Source: Christensenellales bacterium (GTDB lineage: Bacteria; Bacillota; Clostridia; Christensenellales; JBMNTQ01). From it: DNA of 44,636 nucleotides. Positions 28,673 to 36,302 of the stretch are shown here, in pieces. Every line of letters starts with the position of its first letter. Position 1 is the first letter of the stretch. The position numbers and the translations under genes were made by a program. The DNA lies in NCBI GenBank assembly GCA_050945815.1, contig JBMNTQ010000002.1:1-44636 (forward strand), written 5' to 3'. A model generated the notes under the pieces. The model was not told the origin of the DNA and did no database searches. It worked only from the letters and a program-made list of their open reading frames with translations.

Positions 28673-29098
28673 GTGAATAAGGCAATTGTTATTGGTAATC
28701 TGACTAGAGACCCGGAGGCGCGGTCCACGACCGGAGGCGTATCGGTGTGCAGCTTTACGGTTGCCGTGCAACGGCGCTTTACCAACCAGCAGGGAGAACG
28801 GGAGACGGACTTTATTCCCGTTGTCGCTTGGCGTACCCTGGCGGATACTTGTACTCGTTATTTGCGGAAGGGGAGCAAGGTGGCCGTTAGCGGCAGAATT
28901 CAGGTGCGCAGCTATGACGCACAGGATGGCAGCAAACGATATATTACGGAGATCGTTGCGGATGAGGTTCAGTTTTTGGATCGTTTTGGCGCGGGTGCAA
29001 CCCAGGAGCAGGGTGAGCAGCGTTCGCCGCAGCCGCAATTTAATGACGAGGTTCCCGGGTTTACTGTGGTAGACGATGATGACGAACTGCCCTTTTAA
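28673..29098 (+). CDS. ssb: Single-stranded DNA-binding protein
   Basis: 141 aa. NKAIVIGNLTRDPE OB-fold and an acidic tail DDDDELPF. GTG start after GGTGGAG. Confidence 0.96.
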   Translation: MNKAIVIGNLTRDPEARSTTGGVSVCSFTVAVQRRFTNQQGERETDFIPVVAWRTLADTCTRYLRKGSKVAVSGRIQVRSYDAQDGSKRYITEIVADEVQFLDRFGAGATQEQGEQRSPQPQFNDEVPGFTVVDDDDELPF

Positions 29099-29121
29099 TC
29101 GAAGATTTGATGTAAAGGAGA

Positions 29122-29373
29122 ATGGCTATGAGCGAAGATCGTGCAAGACGACCGCGCAACCGTCGGGCCAAGCGCCGGGTTTGTGCGTTTTGTGTTGATA
29201 AAGTAGATCGTATTGATTATAAAGATGTGGCAAGATTGCGCAAATGCTTGACTGAGCGTGGCAAAATTATGCCCCGTCGTATGTCCGGCACTTGTGCCAA
29301 GCATCAGAGGAAGCTGGCGGCTGCTATTAAGCGGTCGCGGATTGTTGCCCTGTTGCCCTATGTGACTGACTAA
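29122..29373 (+). CDS. rpsR: 30S ribosomal protein S18
   Basis: 83 aa, ...[53 protein letters not shown]. Confidence 0.96.
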   Translation: MAMSEDRARRPRNRRAKRRVCAFCVDKVDRIDYKDVARLRKCLTERGKIMPRRMSGTCAKHQRKLAAAIKRSRIVALLPYVTD

Positions 29374-29382
29374 GGATAGAAA

Positions 29383-29413
29383 GCCTCCGGCAGAAAAGCC
29401 GGGGGTTTTTTTG
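29383..29413 (+). terminator. Intrinsic terminator of the rpsF-ssb-rpsR operon
   Basis: GCCTCCGGC-AGAAAA-GCCGGGGGT is a 9-bp stem including G:U pairs. It is followed by TTTTTTTG. Confidence 0.85.
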
Positions 29414-29740
29414 TTTTGCTTTATGGATGGGAGGGAGACCTTCCATTTGTTTTCTGTCCGCGGCTGGCAGACCCGATTTCGTTTAGCAAGGGGAGGGTTT
29501 GGACATGCCGAAGAAAAAGGCAGCTAACGTTTTGAAGAGAGCAGACAGGACTGTTTGCGGGCGGATCGAAGCAGGCTTGTAGAGGGCAGGCCACAACAGG
29601 CACCGGAAACCGACGCTGGAAACAGGGCCATGCAGGCGCATATGAGACATCCTCGGCTATGCCGGGGACTGGTTGTTTTGGGCTGGGTATGGCAGGGAAG
29701 GGCGGGAGGACTGGCGACGGAGAGAAAATAGGCAAAGGGC

Positions 29741-29769
29741 TTGACAAGCGGGGGATTTATTAGTATGCT
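29741..29769 (+). promoter_or_regulatory. sigma-A promoter of the thiT leader
   Basis: TTGACA, 17 nt, TATGCT. It lies about 25 nt upstream of the TPP aptamer. Confidence 0.75.
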
Positions 29770-29792
29770 TTTAATGAACTGAATCGTGTTGT

Positions 29793-29877
29793 CCGCTGGG
29801 GGCGCCGTAATGGCTGAGATGCATAGACTATGCAGAACCCTTGGAACCTGTTGGATAATTCCAACGAAGGGAAGCGG
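29793..29877 (+). promoter_or_regulatory. TPP (THI-box) riboswitch aptamer
   Basis: CCGCTGGGGGCGCCGTAATGGCTGAGATGCATAGACTATGCAGAACCCTTGGAACCTGTTGGATAATTCCAACGAAGGGAAGCGG. This carries the conserved GGGG.GC...CTGAGA...ACCC.T.GAACCTG.T.GGATAAT.CCA.CG.AGGGAA blocks. Confidence 0.93.
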
Positions 29878-29913
29878 CAAAGAACAGCGGATTTGCTGTT
29901 TGATGTGCTACTT

Positions 29914-29947
29914 CCCCGTACTGTTTAGAGTACGGGTTTTGCTTTTT
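29914..29947 (+). terminator. Terminator of the TPP riboswitch expression platform
   Basis: CCCGTACT-GTTTAG-AGTACGGG followed by TTTTGCTTTTT. Confidence 0.85.
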
Positions 29948-29989
29948 ACCTCCGCAGACAGACGAAATTTTGCAGGGGGGTGTTTTATT

Positions 29990-30679
29990 TTGGAACCTAT
30001 TCTAGATACTGAGAAAATTACATCGTATTTGTACATTGTGATTCCCGTCGTTGTAATCGGGCTGATTGCGCTTTTTGCGCTGATTGGGAGCCGGAAAAAG
30101 CAAGGCGCGCAGGGCGGGAAATGGAATACGAGGACGCTGACAATGGCGGCGATTTGCATCGCGCTGGGCTTTGCGCTTTCTTATATCCGCATTGTGCATT
30201 TGCCGCAGGGCGGCTCGGTTACGCCGGCCAGTATGCTGCCGCTTATGCTGTTTGCCTATTTGTACGGCCCGCGAAAGGGGTTTTTAGCCTGTATGGCCTA
30301 TGGGCTGCTGCAGCTGCTCCAGGACCCATATATCGTACACTGGGCGCAGGCGATTGTGGATTATTTGTTTGCGTTTATGGCGCTGGGCTTGGCGGGGATC
30401 TTTTCTAAGGCCAGGATTGCTATTGGGAAGAGCCGGCAGCTGAATACCATTTTGCCGGGTATTGTTCTGGCGGCACTGGGGCGCTATATATGCCATACGG
30501 CGAGCGGTATCATTTTCTTTGCTGTGTATGCGGAGGGAACCGGCCTGAGCGTGTTCGCTTACTCTGCAGGATATAATGTTTATGTGTTGGTGGAAGGGGC
30601 GCTGTGCTTGGTGTTGATGCTGATTCCCCAGATGCAGAGGTTTGCTCTGGCCAGGCGGTTGGAGGTTCGGGGGGGATAG
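29990..30679 (+). CDS. thiT: ECF transporter S component, thiamine-specific (ThiT)
   Basis: The homologous core starts at NTRTLTMAAICIALGFALSYI...GGSVT, with a TPP riboswitch upstream. The proposed start is TTG 29990, about 10 nt after GGGGGG. The track start 29786 would read through the riboswitch and terminator and is rejected. Confidence 0.8.
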   Translation: MEPILDTEKITSYLYIVIPVVVIGLIALFALIGSRKKQGAQGGKWNTRTLTMAAICIALGFALSYIRIVHLPQGGSVTPASMLPLMLFAYLYGPRKGFLACMAYGLLQLLQDPYIVHWAQAIVDYLFAFMALGLAGIFSKARIAIGKSRQLNTILPGIVLAALGRYICHTASGIIFFAVYAEGTGLSVFAYSAGYNVYVLVEGALCLVLMLIPQMQRFALARRLEVRGG

Positions 30680-30716
30680 GCTGCTGTTTTCGATCAAACA
30701 GAATTGGCGCGGATTT

Positions 30717-30756
30717 CTAAAGCCCAAGGGAAGAAAAATGCTTCCCTTGGGCTTTG
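30717..30756. terminator. Bidirectional terminator between thiT and corA
   Basis: AAAGCCCAAGGGAAG-AAAAATG-CTTCCCTTGGGCTTT is a perfect 12-13 bp stem flanked by A/T runs. It lies between convergent genes. Confidence 0.85.
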
Positions 30757-30786
30757 GTGGATAGAAGAGGGGTTTTGTGCCAATGG

Positions 30787-31740
30787 CTAGAGCATCTTCT
30801 TTCGCCACATGATCAGAGCTGTGATCAGGGCGGATAGGCCGGAGATGCCGGTTACAATCCAGAAGCCGTTGCTGTGCTGCTCGAAAGGCACGGGGACGTT
30901 CATGCCCCACAGGGCGGCCACAAACGAGGGGATGGCAATGATGATGGTGATGGCCGCGAGGAACTTCATGACGATGTTGAGGTTGTTGGAGATGACCGAA
31001 GCGAATGCGTCCATCGTGCCGCTTAATATGTCGCGGTAGATGTTACACATTTCAATGGCCTGCTTGTTCTCGATGATGACATCTTCCAACAGGTCTGTGT
31101 CGTCTGGAAATTTTTTGACGTCCTCGATGCGCAGCATGCGCTCTAGTACCACTTCGTTGCCCTTGAGGGATGTGCTGAAGAACACGAGGCTCTTTTCCAG
31201 GCGCAGCATTTGGATCAGCTCGCGGTTTTTCATGGACCGGTGCAGTTCCTGCTCGACGCGGATACTGGTTTTGTCGATCAGGCGCAGGTATTGCAGGTAT
31301 TTGGTGGATATTTTGTATAGAATTTGCAGGATGAACCGGGTTTTCTTGGCAGTGTAGAAATTCCGGGTGTACTGGGTGATGAAATCGGTGATGATGCTGG
31401 TTTCTTGAAGGCAGATGGTGACGATGGCGTCTTGGGTTAGGATGATGCCTAAAGGCAGCGTGTTGTATACATGGGAGCCGCCTTCCGGCATAGCGTAGGG
31501 AATGTCTACGATGATAAAGATGACGCCGTCTTCTAATTCAATCCGCGCCCGCTCTTCATCGTCTAGCGGCGCGTGCAGCATTTCGGTTTCGAGGTGAAGC
31601 GCCTCGCTTACCTGGGAGATTTCCTCCGGGGAGGGGTTGCAAAGATGCACCCAAATCCCGCTTTCGGAGAAGGTTGCTTCGCGTAGTTTTTCGTTTTCTG
31701 TTTTGTGAATATAGAGCATATGAAAAACCCTCTTTCTCAT
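30787..31740 (-). CDS. corA: CorA family magnesium/cobalt transporter
   Basis: Two C-terminal TM helices with the GMN signature (ALWGMNVPVPF). The more likely start is ATG 31719 (MLYIHKTENEK...), 8 nt after AAGAGGG. ATG 31740 is the track start. Confidence 0.92.
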   Translation of the reverse strand: MRKRVFHMLYIHKTENEKLREATFSESGIWVHLCNPSPEEISQVSEALHLETEMLHAPLDDEERARIELEDGVIFIIVDIPYAMPEGGSHVYNTLPLGIILTQDAIVTICLQETSIITDFITQYTRNFYTAKKTRFILQILYKISTKYLQYLRLIDKTSIRVEQELHRSMKNRELIQMLRLEKSLVFFSTSLKGNEVVLERMLRIEDVKKFPDDTDLLEDVIIENKQAIEMCNIYRDILSGTMDAFASVISNNLNIVMKFLAAITIIIAIPSFVAALWGMNVPVPFEQHSNGFWIVTGISGLSALITALIMWRKKML

Positions 31741-31904
31741 GGGTGCAGCTTGGCATGGCCTGCCCCATTGCTTTTTTTACGGCACAAAAAAACAGACGCT
31801 TACCACAAAGAATAAATAGGGACAGCGTGCTTTACCTGTGCCGCGAGAAATAGCGGCTTTGCATAATGTTGGAAAATGCTTTGATAACGGAAAAGAAAGG
31901 TCGG

Positions 31905-31991
31905 TTAGACGCTTTTTGGCGCAAACCGGTTTTTCCCAGCAAGCTGAAAGCAAGTTTTCACGATTATGCCGCTACTACCGCCGTCTTCCAC
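31905..31991 (-). CDS. Candidate 28-codon leader/small ORF upstream of corA
   Basis: A perfect SD AAGGAGGTG (31999..32007) lies 7-9 nt before GTG 31991. The product is MEDGGSSGIIVKTCFQLAGKNRFAPKSV with stop TAA 31905..31907. I recognise no homology. Confidence 0.3.
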   Translation of the reverse strand: MEDGGSSGIIVKTCFQLAGKNRFAPKSV

Positions 31992-32055
31992 CGGTTTGCA
32001 CCTCCTTGATTAAGAAAAATAATAGTGAGAGAAAAAAATGGAACTCTCAACTTTT

Positions 32056-32084
32056 ATCATATTCCATGGGGCGGGAACTGTCAA
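32056..32084 (-). promoter_or_regulatory. Near-consensus sigma-A promoter immediately downstream of mnmG, reading toward corA
   Basis: Minus strand: TTGACA, exactly 17 nt, TATGAT. It lies 17 nt after the mnmG stop codon. Confidence 0.7.
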
Positions 32085-32100
32085 CCTGCGGGCAAAAATT

Positions 32101-33939
32101 TTACCCGCGGCTTTTCAAATACACCGCCAGTACGGCGATATCCGCCGGAGAAACCCCGGAAATGCGGGACGCCTGCCCCAAGCTCGCCGGACGCAGGGCG
32201 GATAGTTTTTGCTGTGCTTCGATACGCAGACCGGCTATGCTCGTGTAATCCAGATTCGGGGGCAGGGGCTGGGATTCCATTTTCTTAAACTGCTGGACAG
32301 AGCGTAGCTGTTTTTGGATGTAACCTTCGTATTTGATGTGGGTTTGTACCTGAAAGGCGATATCTTCGGGCAACTGGACGGCTAGGCCCTCGCTTTGCAG
32401 AGCATCGTGGGAGACGCCGCGTTTGAGCAGTTCGTACAGCTTCATGCCGCCGGATTCCGTACCCAGCAGGCGGGAGGCTATTTGAGCGCTTGCGCCGACG
32501 GACCGCAGGCGGCTAAGCTCTCGTTCGACTCCTTCCTTTTTGCGGCGGTAGAGGCGGTAGCGTTCGTCGCTGACCAGGCCGATAGTCCTGCCTAACTCTG
32601 TTAGGCGCAGGTCTGCGTTGTCTTGGCGCAGCAGCAGACGGTATTCTGACCGGGAGGTCATCATGCGGTAGGGCTCCGGAGTGCCTTTGGTGACCAAATC
32701 ATCGATGAGTACGCCGATGTAGCCGTCGGAGCGCAGCAGAATGACAGGCGGTTTTTCTTGCAGATAGTGGGCGGCGTTGATGCCTGCCATCAGGCCTTGG
32801 GCTGCCGCTTCCTCGTAGCCTGAGCTGCCGTTTATCTGACCGGCGAAGAACAGGCCGCTTATGGTTTTGGATTCCAGGGATAGATTCAAGCTGTCTGGCT
32901 GGATACAGTCGTATTCGATGGCATAGGCGCTGCGCATGATCTCTGCTCGCTCCAACCCGGGGATGGTGCGCAGCATTTGGAGCTGGATATCCTCGGGCAG
33001 GCCTGTGGACAGCCCTTGTACATACATTTCGTCTGTGTTTGTGCCTTCAGGCTCGATGAAGAGCTGGTGGCGCTGTTTGTCCTGAAAGCGTACGACCTTA
33101 TCCTCGATGGAGGGACAGTAGCGGGTGCCTGTGGCATCTACCATTCCGTTGTACATGGGCGCCCGGTGCAGATTGGCGCGGATGATATCGTGGGTTTGCT
33201 CGTTGGTGTAGGTTAGGTAGCAGGGGGTTTGCTGACGTTGGAGTTGGCCGGACAAAAAGGAAAAGGGGATGATGGTTTCGTCGCCGTATTGGGGGATCAT
33301 TTTGGAGAGATCCAAAGAATGGCGGTTGATTCGCGCCGGTGTGCCGGTTTTGAAGCGGCGAAGGCCGACCCCAAGCTTTTCCAGAGATTGGGACAGGGCT
33401 GTGGCGGGAAACAGGCCGGAGGGGCCGCTTTGGATGGCGCATTCGCCTACGATGACGCGGCTTTTCAGGTAGACACCGCTGGCCAGGATTAGTGTGCCGC
33501 AACGGATTTGTGCGCCGGTGCGGGTTTTGATGCCTTGGATTTTGCCGCCGGATTCCAGAAGTTCGGTGCATTCGCCCTGCTTGAGGTAGAGATTTTCGCA
33601 TTGCTCCAGCGCTTGTTTCATGCGCTGTTGGTAGCTGGTTTTGTCCATCTGGGCTCGAAGGGACTGTACCGCCGGACCTTTGGCGGTATTGAGCATTTTT
33701 ATCTGGATGAAGGTGTCGTCGGCGGCTAGGGCCATTTCGCCGCCTAAGGCGTCGATCTCCCGTACCAGATGTCCTTTAGCTGTGCCGCCGATGGCAGGAT
33801 TGCAGGCCATCAGGGCAACAGAATCCAGGTTCATCGTTAAGATAAGGGTTTTGTGTCCTAGGCGCGCCAAGGCCAAGCCGGCTTCGCAGCCCGCGTGGCC
33901 TGCGCCTATAATGATTGCGTCGTAGCAGGTATCGTACAT
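32101..33939 (-). CDS. mnmG: tRNA uridine-5-carboxymethylaminomethyl modification enzyme MnmG (GidA)
   Basis: 612 aa. FAD motif [16 protein letters not shown] and conserved GidA blocks (GPRYCPSIE-like [32 protein letters not shown]). Confidence 0.96.
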   Translation of the reverse strand: MYDTCYDAIIIGAGHAGCEAGLALARLGHKTLILTMNLDSVALMACNPAIGGTAKGHLVREIDALGGEMALAADDTFIQIKMLNTAKGPAVQSLRAQMDKTSYQQRMKQALEQCENLYLKQGECTELLESGGKIQGIKTRTGAQIRCGTLILASGVYLKSRVIVGECAIQSGPSGLFPATALSQSLEKLGVGLRRFKTGTPARINRHSLDLSKMIPQYGDETIIPFSFLSGQLQRQQTPCYLTYTNEQTHDIIRANLHRAPMYNGMVDATGTRYCPSIEDKVVRFQDKQRHQLFIEPEGTNTDEMYVQGLSTGLPEDIQLQMLRTIPGLERAEIMRSAYAIEYDCIQPDSLNLSLESKTISGLFFAGQINGSSGYEEAAAQGLMAGINAAHYLQEKPPVILLRSDGYIGVLIDDLVTKGTPEPYRMMTSRSEYRLLLRQDNADLRLTELGRTIGLVSDERYRLYRRKKEGVERELSRLRSVGASAQIASRLLGTESGGMKLYELLKRGVSHDALQSEGLAVQLPEDIAFQVQTHIKYEGYIQKQLRSVQQFKKMESQPLPPNLDYTSIAGLRIEAQQKLSALRPASLGQASRISGVSPADIAVLAVYLKSRG

Positions 33940-33984
33940 GGATGGCCTCCTCCCGCGAAATGGGAAACTAGATGGTGTTGGGAT

Positions 33985-34024
33985 AAAAAGGGCAGGGGAA
34001 GGTTCTCCGCCCTGCCTTTTTCCT
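33985..34024 (-). terminator. Terminator after the fumarate hydratase genes
   Basis: Minus strand: GGCAGGGCGGAGAACCTTCCCCTGCC followed by CTTTTTAT. Confidence 0.75.
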
Positions 34025-34046
34025 GAGAGAAAACAGGCTGCAGCAG

Positions 34047-34613
34047 TTAGATGCAGACGTTATTTTTAGCTGTGCGGTATTTCATCGGGCCGCTTAGATA
34101 GAGGTTGTTGCCGCGGCTGTCTATGGCAACGATTAGCGGGAAATTCTCCACTTTTAGCCGGTAGATGCCTTCTGCGCCCAAATCTTCGAACGCGATCAGT
34201 TCGGCAGCTTTCACATGGCGGGACAGCAGCGCCGCAGCGCCGCCGGTGGCTGCAAAATATACAGCGCCGGAGCGCACCAGAGCATCGATGACGGCTGGGC
34301 TGCGGTTGCCTTTGCCGATAACAGCCGCAAGCCCCCGGTCGAAAAGCGCTGGGGCGTAGGCATCCATGCGCCCGGAGGTGGTGGGGCCGCAGGGGCCGAT
34401 GACACGGCCGGGGGGCGCGGGGCAGGGGCCGACATAGTAGATGCATTGGTTTGGCAAGGAAAACGGCAAGGGCTCGCCTGCGTCCAGCATGGCCACAAGC
34501 CGCTTGTGGGCCGCGTCTCGCGCTGTATAGAGGGTGCCGGACAGCAGCACCGAATCGCCGGCTGTCAGGCGGGAGAGCGTCTCTTTTTGCAGAGGGGTGT
34601 GTAGAGATTCCAT
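34047..34613 (-). CDS. Fe-S hydro-lyase beta subunit (class I fumarate hydratase / tartrate dehydratase beta type)
   Basis: 188 aa from ATG 34613 ([39 protein letters not shown]...GPTTSGRMD...). The rest of the 456-aa track ORF is an out-of-frame overlap with the alpha gene. Confidence 0.88.
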   Translation of the reverse strand: MESLHTPLQKETLSRLTAGDSVLLSGTLYTARDAAHKRLVAMLDAGEPLPFSLPNQCIYYVGPCPAPPGRVIGPCGPTTSGRMDAYAPALFDRGLAAVIGKGNRSPAVIDALVRSGAVYFAATGGAAALLSRHVKAAELIAFEDLGAEGIYRLKVENFPLIVAIDSRGNNLYLSGPMKYRTAKNNVCI

Positions 34614-34627
34614 GGGGGCTCCTTTCC

Positions 34628-35464
34628 TTAGAGGACAATGGTTTTGTGACGGGCGGCATGGCATTGCAGGTTGACTGCGACGGGCAACTCTGCAATGTGG
34701 GTGGGGTAGGTTGCGATGTGGACGGCCAGCGCGGTAGTAAGACCGCCGAGGCCCATCGGACCGATGCCCAAGCCATTGATGTGACAGAGGAGCTCGGCTT
34801 CCAGTTGGGCTAGGAGCGGATCGGGGTTTTTGCTGCCAATTTCCCGCAGGACCTGCTCTTTGGCCAAGAGGGCCGCTTTTTCCATGGTGCCGCCGATGCC
34901 TACGCATACTGTAAGGGGCGGGCAGGGGTTGGCACCGGCCAACTCTACCGTTTCTATGACGAAATTTTTGATGCCTTCGGTGCCGTCGGAGGGCTTGAGC
35001 ATACTCAAGCGGCCCATATTTTCGCTGCCGGCCCCTTTGGGCGCGACGGAGATTTCTAATATATCGCCCGGGGTTATCGTGGTGTGGATGACCGCCGGGG
35101 TGTTGTCTTTTGTGTTGATACGGGTGAGTGGGTCTAGGACGGATTTTCGCAGATAGCCTGCTTCGTAGCCCTGTCGAACCCCTTCGTTGATAGCATCGTA
35201 GAGGTTGCCCTGGATATGCAGGTCCTGTCCGAGCTTCAAAAAGACCACGGCCATACCGGTGTCTTGGCAGCAGGGAAGGCAATTTTCCCGGGCGTATTCC
35301 ATGTTTTCGATGATCTGTGCCAGCGTTTCCCTGCCAAAGGGCGAAATTTCGCTGCTGTGGGCGTTCCCCAGCGCCTGGCTGATATCGGGGCCTAGGTTGG
35401 TGCAGGCGTCGATACAAAGGCGCTGTACGGCTTGTGTGATGGCGGCGGCGGATAGTTCTCTCAT
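34628..35464 (-). CDS. Fe-S hydro-lyase alpha subunit (class I fumarate hydratase / tartrate dehydratase alpha type)
   Basis: 278 aa. CQDTGMAVVF and later Cys ligands (GANPCPP, NLQCHA) typical of the family. Confidence 0.9.
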   Translation of the reverse strand: MRELSAAAITQAVQRLCIDACTNLGPDISQALGNAHSSEISPFGRETLAQIIENMEYARENCLPCCQDTGMAVVFLKLGQDLHIQGNLYDAINEGVRQGYEAGYLRKSVLDPLTRINTKDNTPAVIHTTITPGDILEISVAPKGAGSENMGRLSMLKPSDGTEGIKNFVIETVELAGANPCPPLTVCVGIGGTMEKAALLAKEQVLREIGSKNPDPLLAQLEAELLCHINGLGIGPMGLGGLTTALAVHIATYPTHIAELPVAVNLQCHAARHKTIVL

Positions 35465-35479
35465 GGGTTTGGCTCCTTC

Positions 35480-36268
35480 CTAGAGGCTGTGGAAGATGGG
35501 GGATTGGCGGTCGAAGGTGCAGAGGTAGGCAAAGCCTTGACTTTTGAGCGCCTCGATCATTTCGGGGAACAGAAAGCCTATGGTTTCCGGCCGGTGGGCA
35601 TCGGAGCCCAGGGTGATGATTTCGCCGCCTAAGGCGCGATAACGCCGCATATAGCTTAGGGTGGATTCGATATCCCGGGTTTTGCGCAAGGGGGAGGTAT
35701 TGATCTCGATGCCCTTGCCCCGGGCAATCAGCGCGCGGAAGATTTCGTCTAGGATGTCCGGCGCATCGTCGTAATAGAGCGGCTTATCGCAAAAGACCGG
35801 CAGCTTGGAGGGGTAGTTGACGTGGCCCAGTACGTTGAACTGGGGTGCCGTTTTTGCTGTATGCAGGCAGGCTAAAAGATAATCTTGGTAGACCTTTTTG
35901 CGCATGCTTGGGGTATAGCCGGCGCAGAAGATATCTTCACCGTCCAGCAGGTGAACGGAGGCGATGATGAAATCCAGCGGACAGTCGGCGAGCAGCGCCG
36001 CAGTGGCTGCGGTATTTTCCGGGGTGTGGCCGACTTCCAGCCCGGCTTTGATAGGTAGCGCCGGATATTTCTTGCGGAGGCTGGTGAGGTTTTCCAGGTA
36101 GGCGGGCAGGTCTACCTCGAACGCGATGCCATGGAGGGAGAAGCCGATGTCTACATGGTCGGTAAAGCAGATTTCCCGTAGGCCCAAAGACTGCGCTTGC
36201 TGCGCCATATGCTCCATGGGCGTTTCGCTGTCGGCGGAATAACGGGAATGGAGATGATAATCGTACAA
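35480..36268 (-). CDS. PHP-family phosphoesterase (HisJ-type histidinol-phosphatase-like)
   Basis: 262 aa. MYDYHLHSRYSADS... plus HxD/H metal ligands (FTDHVD, GSDAH). Confidence 0.8.
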   Translation of the reverse strand: MYDYHLHSRYSADSETPMEHMAQQAQSLGLREICFTDHVDIGFSLHGIAFEVDLPAYLENLTSLRKKYPALPIKAGLEVGHTPENTAATAALLADCPLDFIIASVHLLDGEDIFCAGYTPSMRKKVYQDYLLACLHTAKTAPQFNVLGHVNYPSKLPVFCDKPLYYDDAPDILDEIFRALIARGKGIEINTSPLRKTRDIESTLSYMRRYRALGGEIITLGSDAHRPETIGFLFPEMIEALKSQGFAYLCTFDRQSPIFHSL

Positions 36269-36302
36269 TGTATGCCTCCTTCAGGGTAGCGTAGTCTGGT
36301 TG

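Noticed and set aside
29786-29989. N-terminal 68 codons of the 297-aa ORF 29786..30679
   Set aside because: It would translate through the TPP riboswitch aptamer and its terminator. The ThiT homology starts much later.
31741-32040. M-box (Mg2+) riboswitch upstream of corA
   Set aside because: It is expected by context, but the hallmark GUUAGGUGAGGCU 5' block is absent. Only loose resemblances are present (CCAAAAAGCGUCUAACCGACC, ACAGGUAAAGCACGC). This is not enough to call it, so the region is reported as an unexplained leader instead.
34614-35417. N-terminal 268 codons of the 456-aa ORF 34047..35417
   Set aside because: This is an out-of-frame overlap with the well-supported fumarate hydratase alpha gene, with Arg/Pro/His/Gly-rich composition. 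Only the last 188 codons (from ATG 34613) match the beta subunit.
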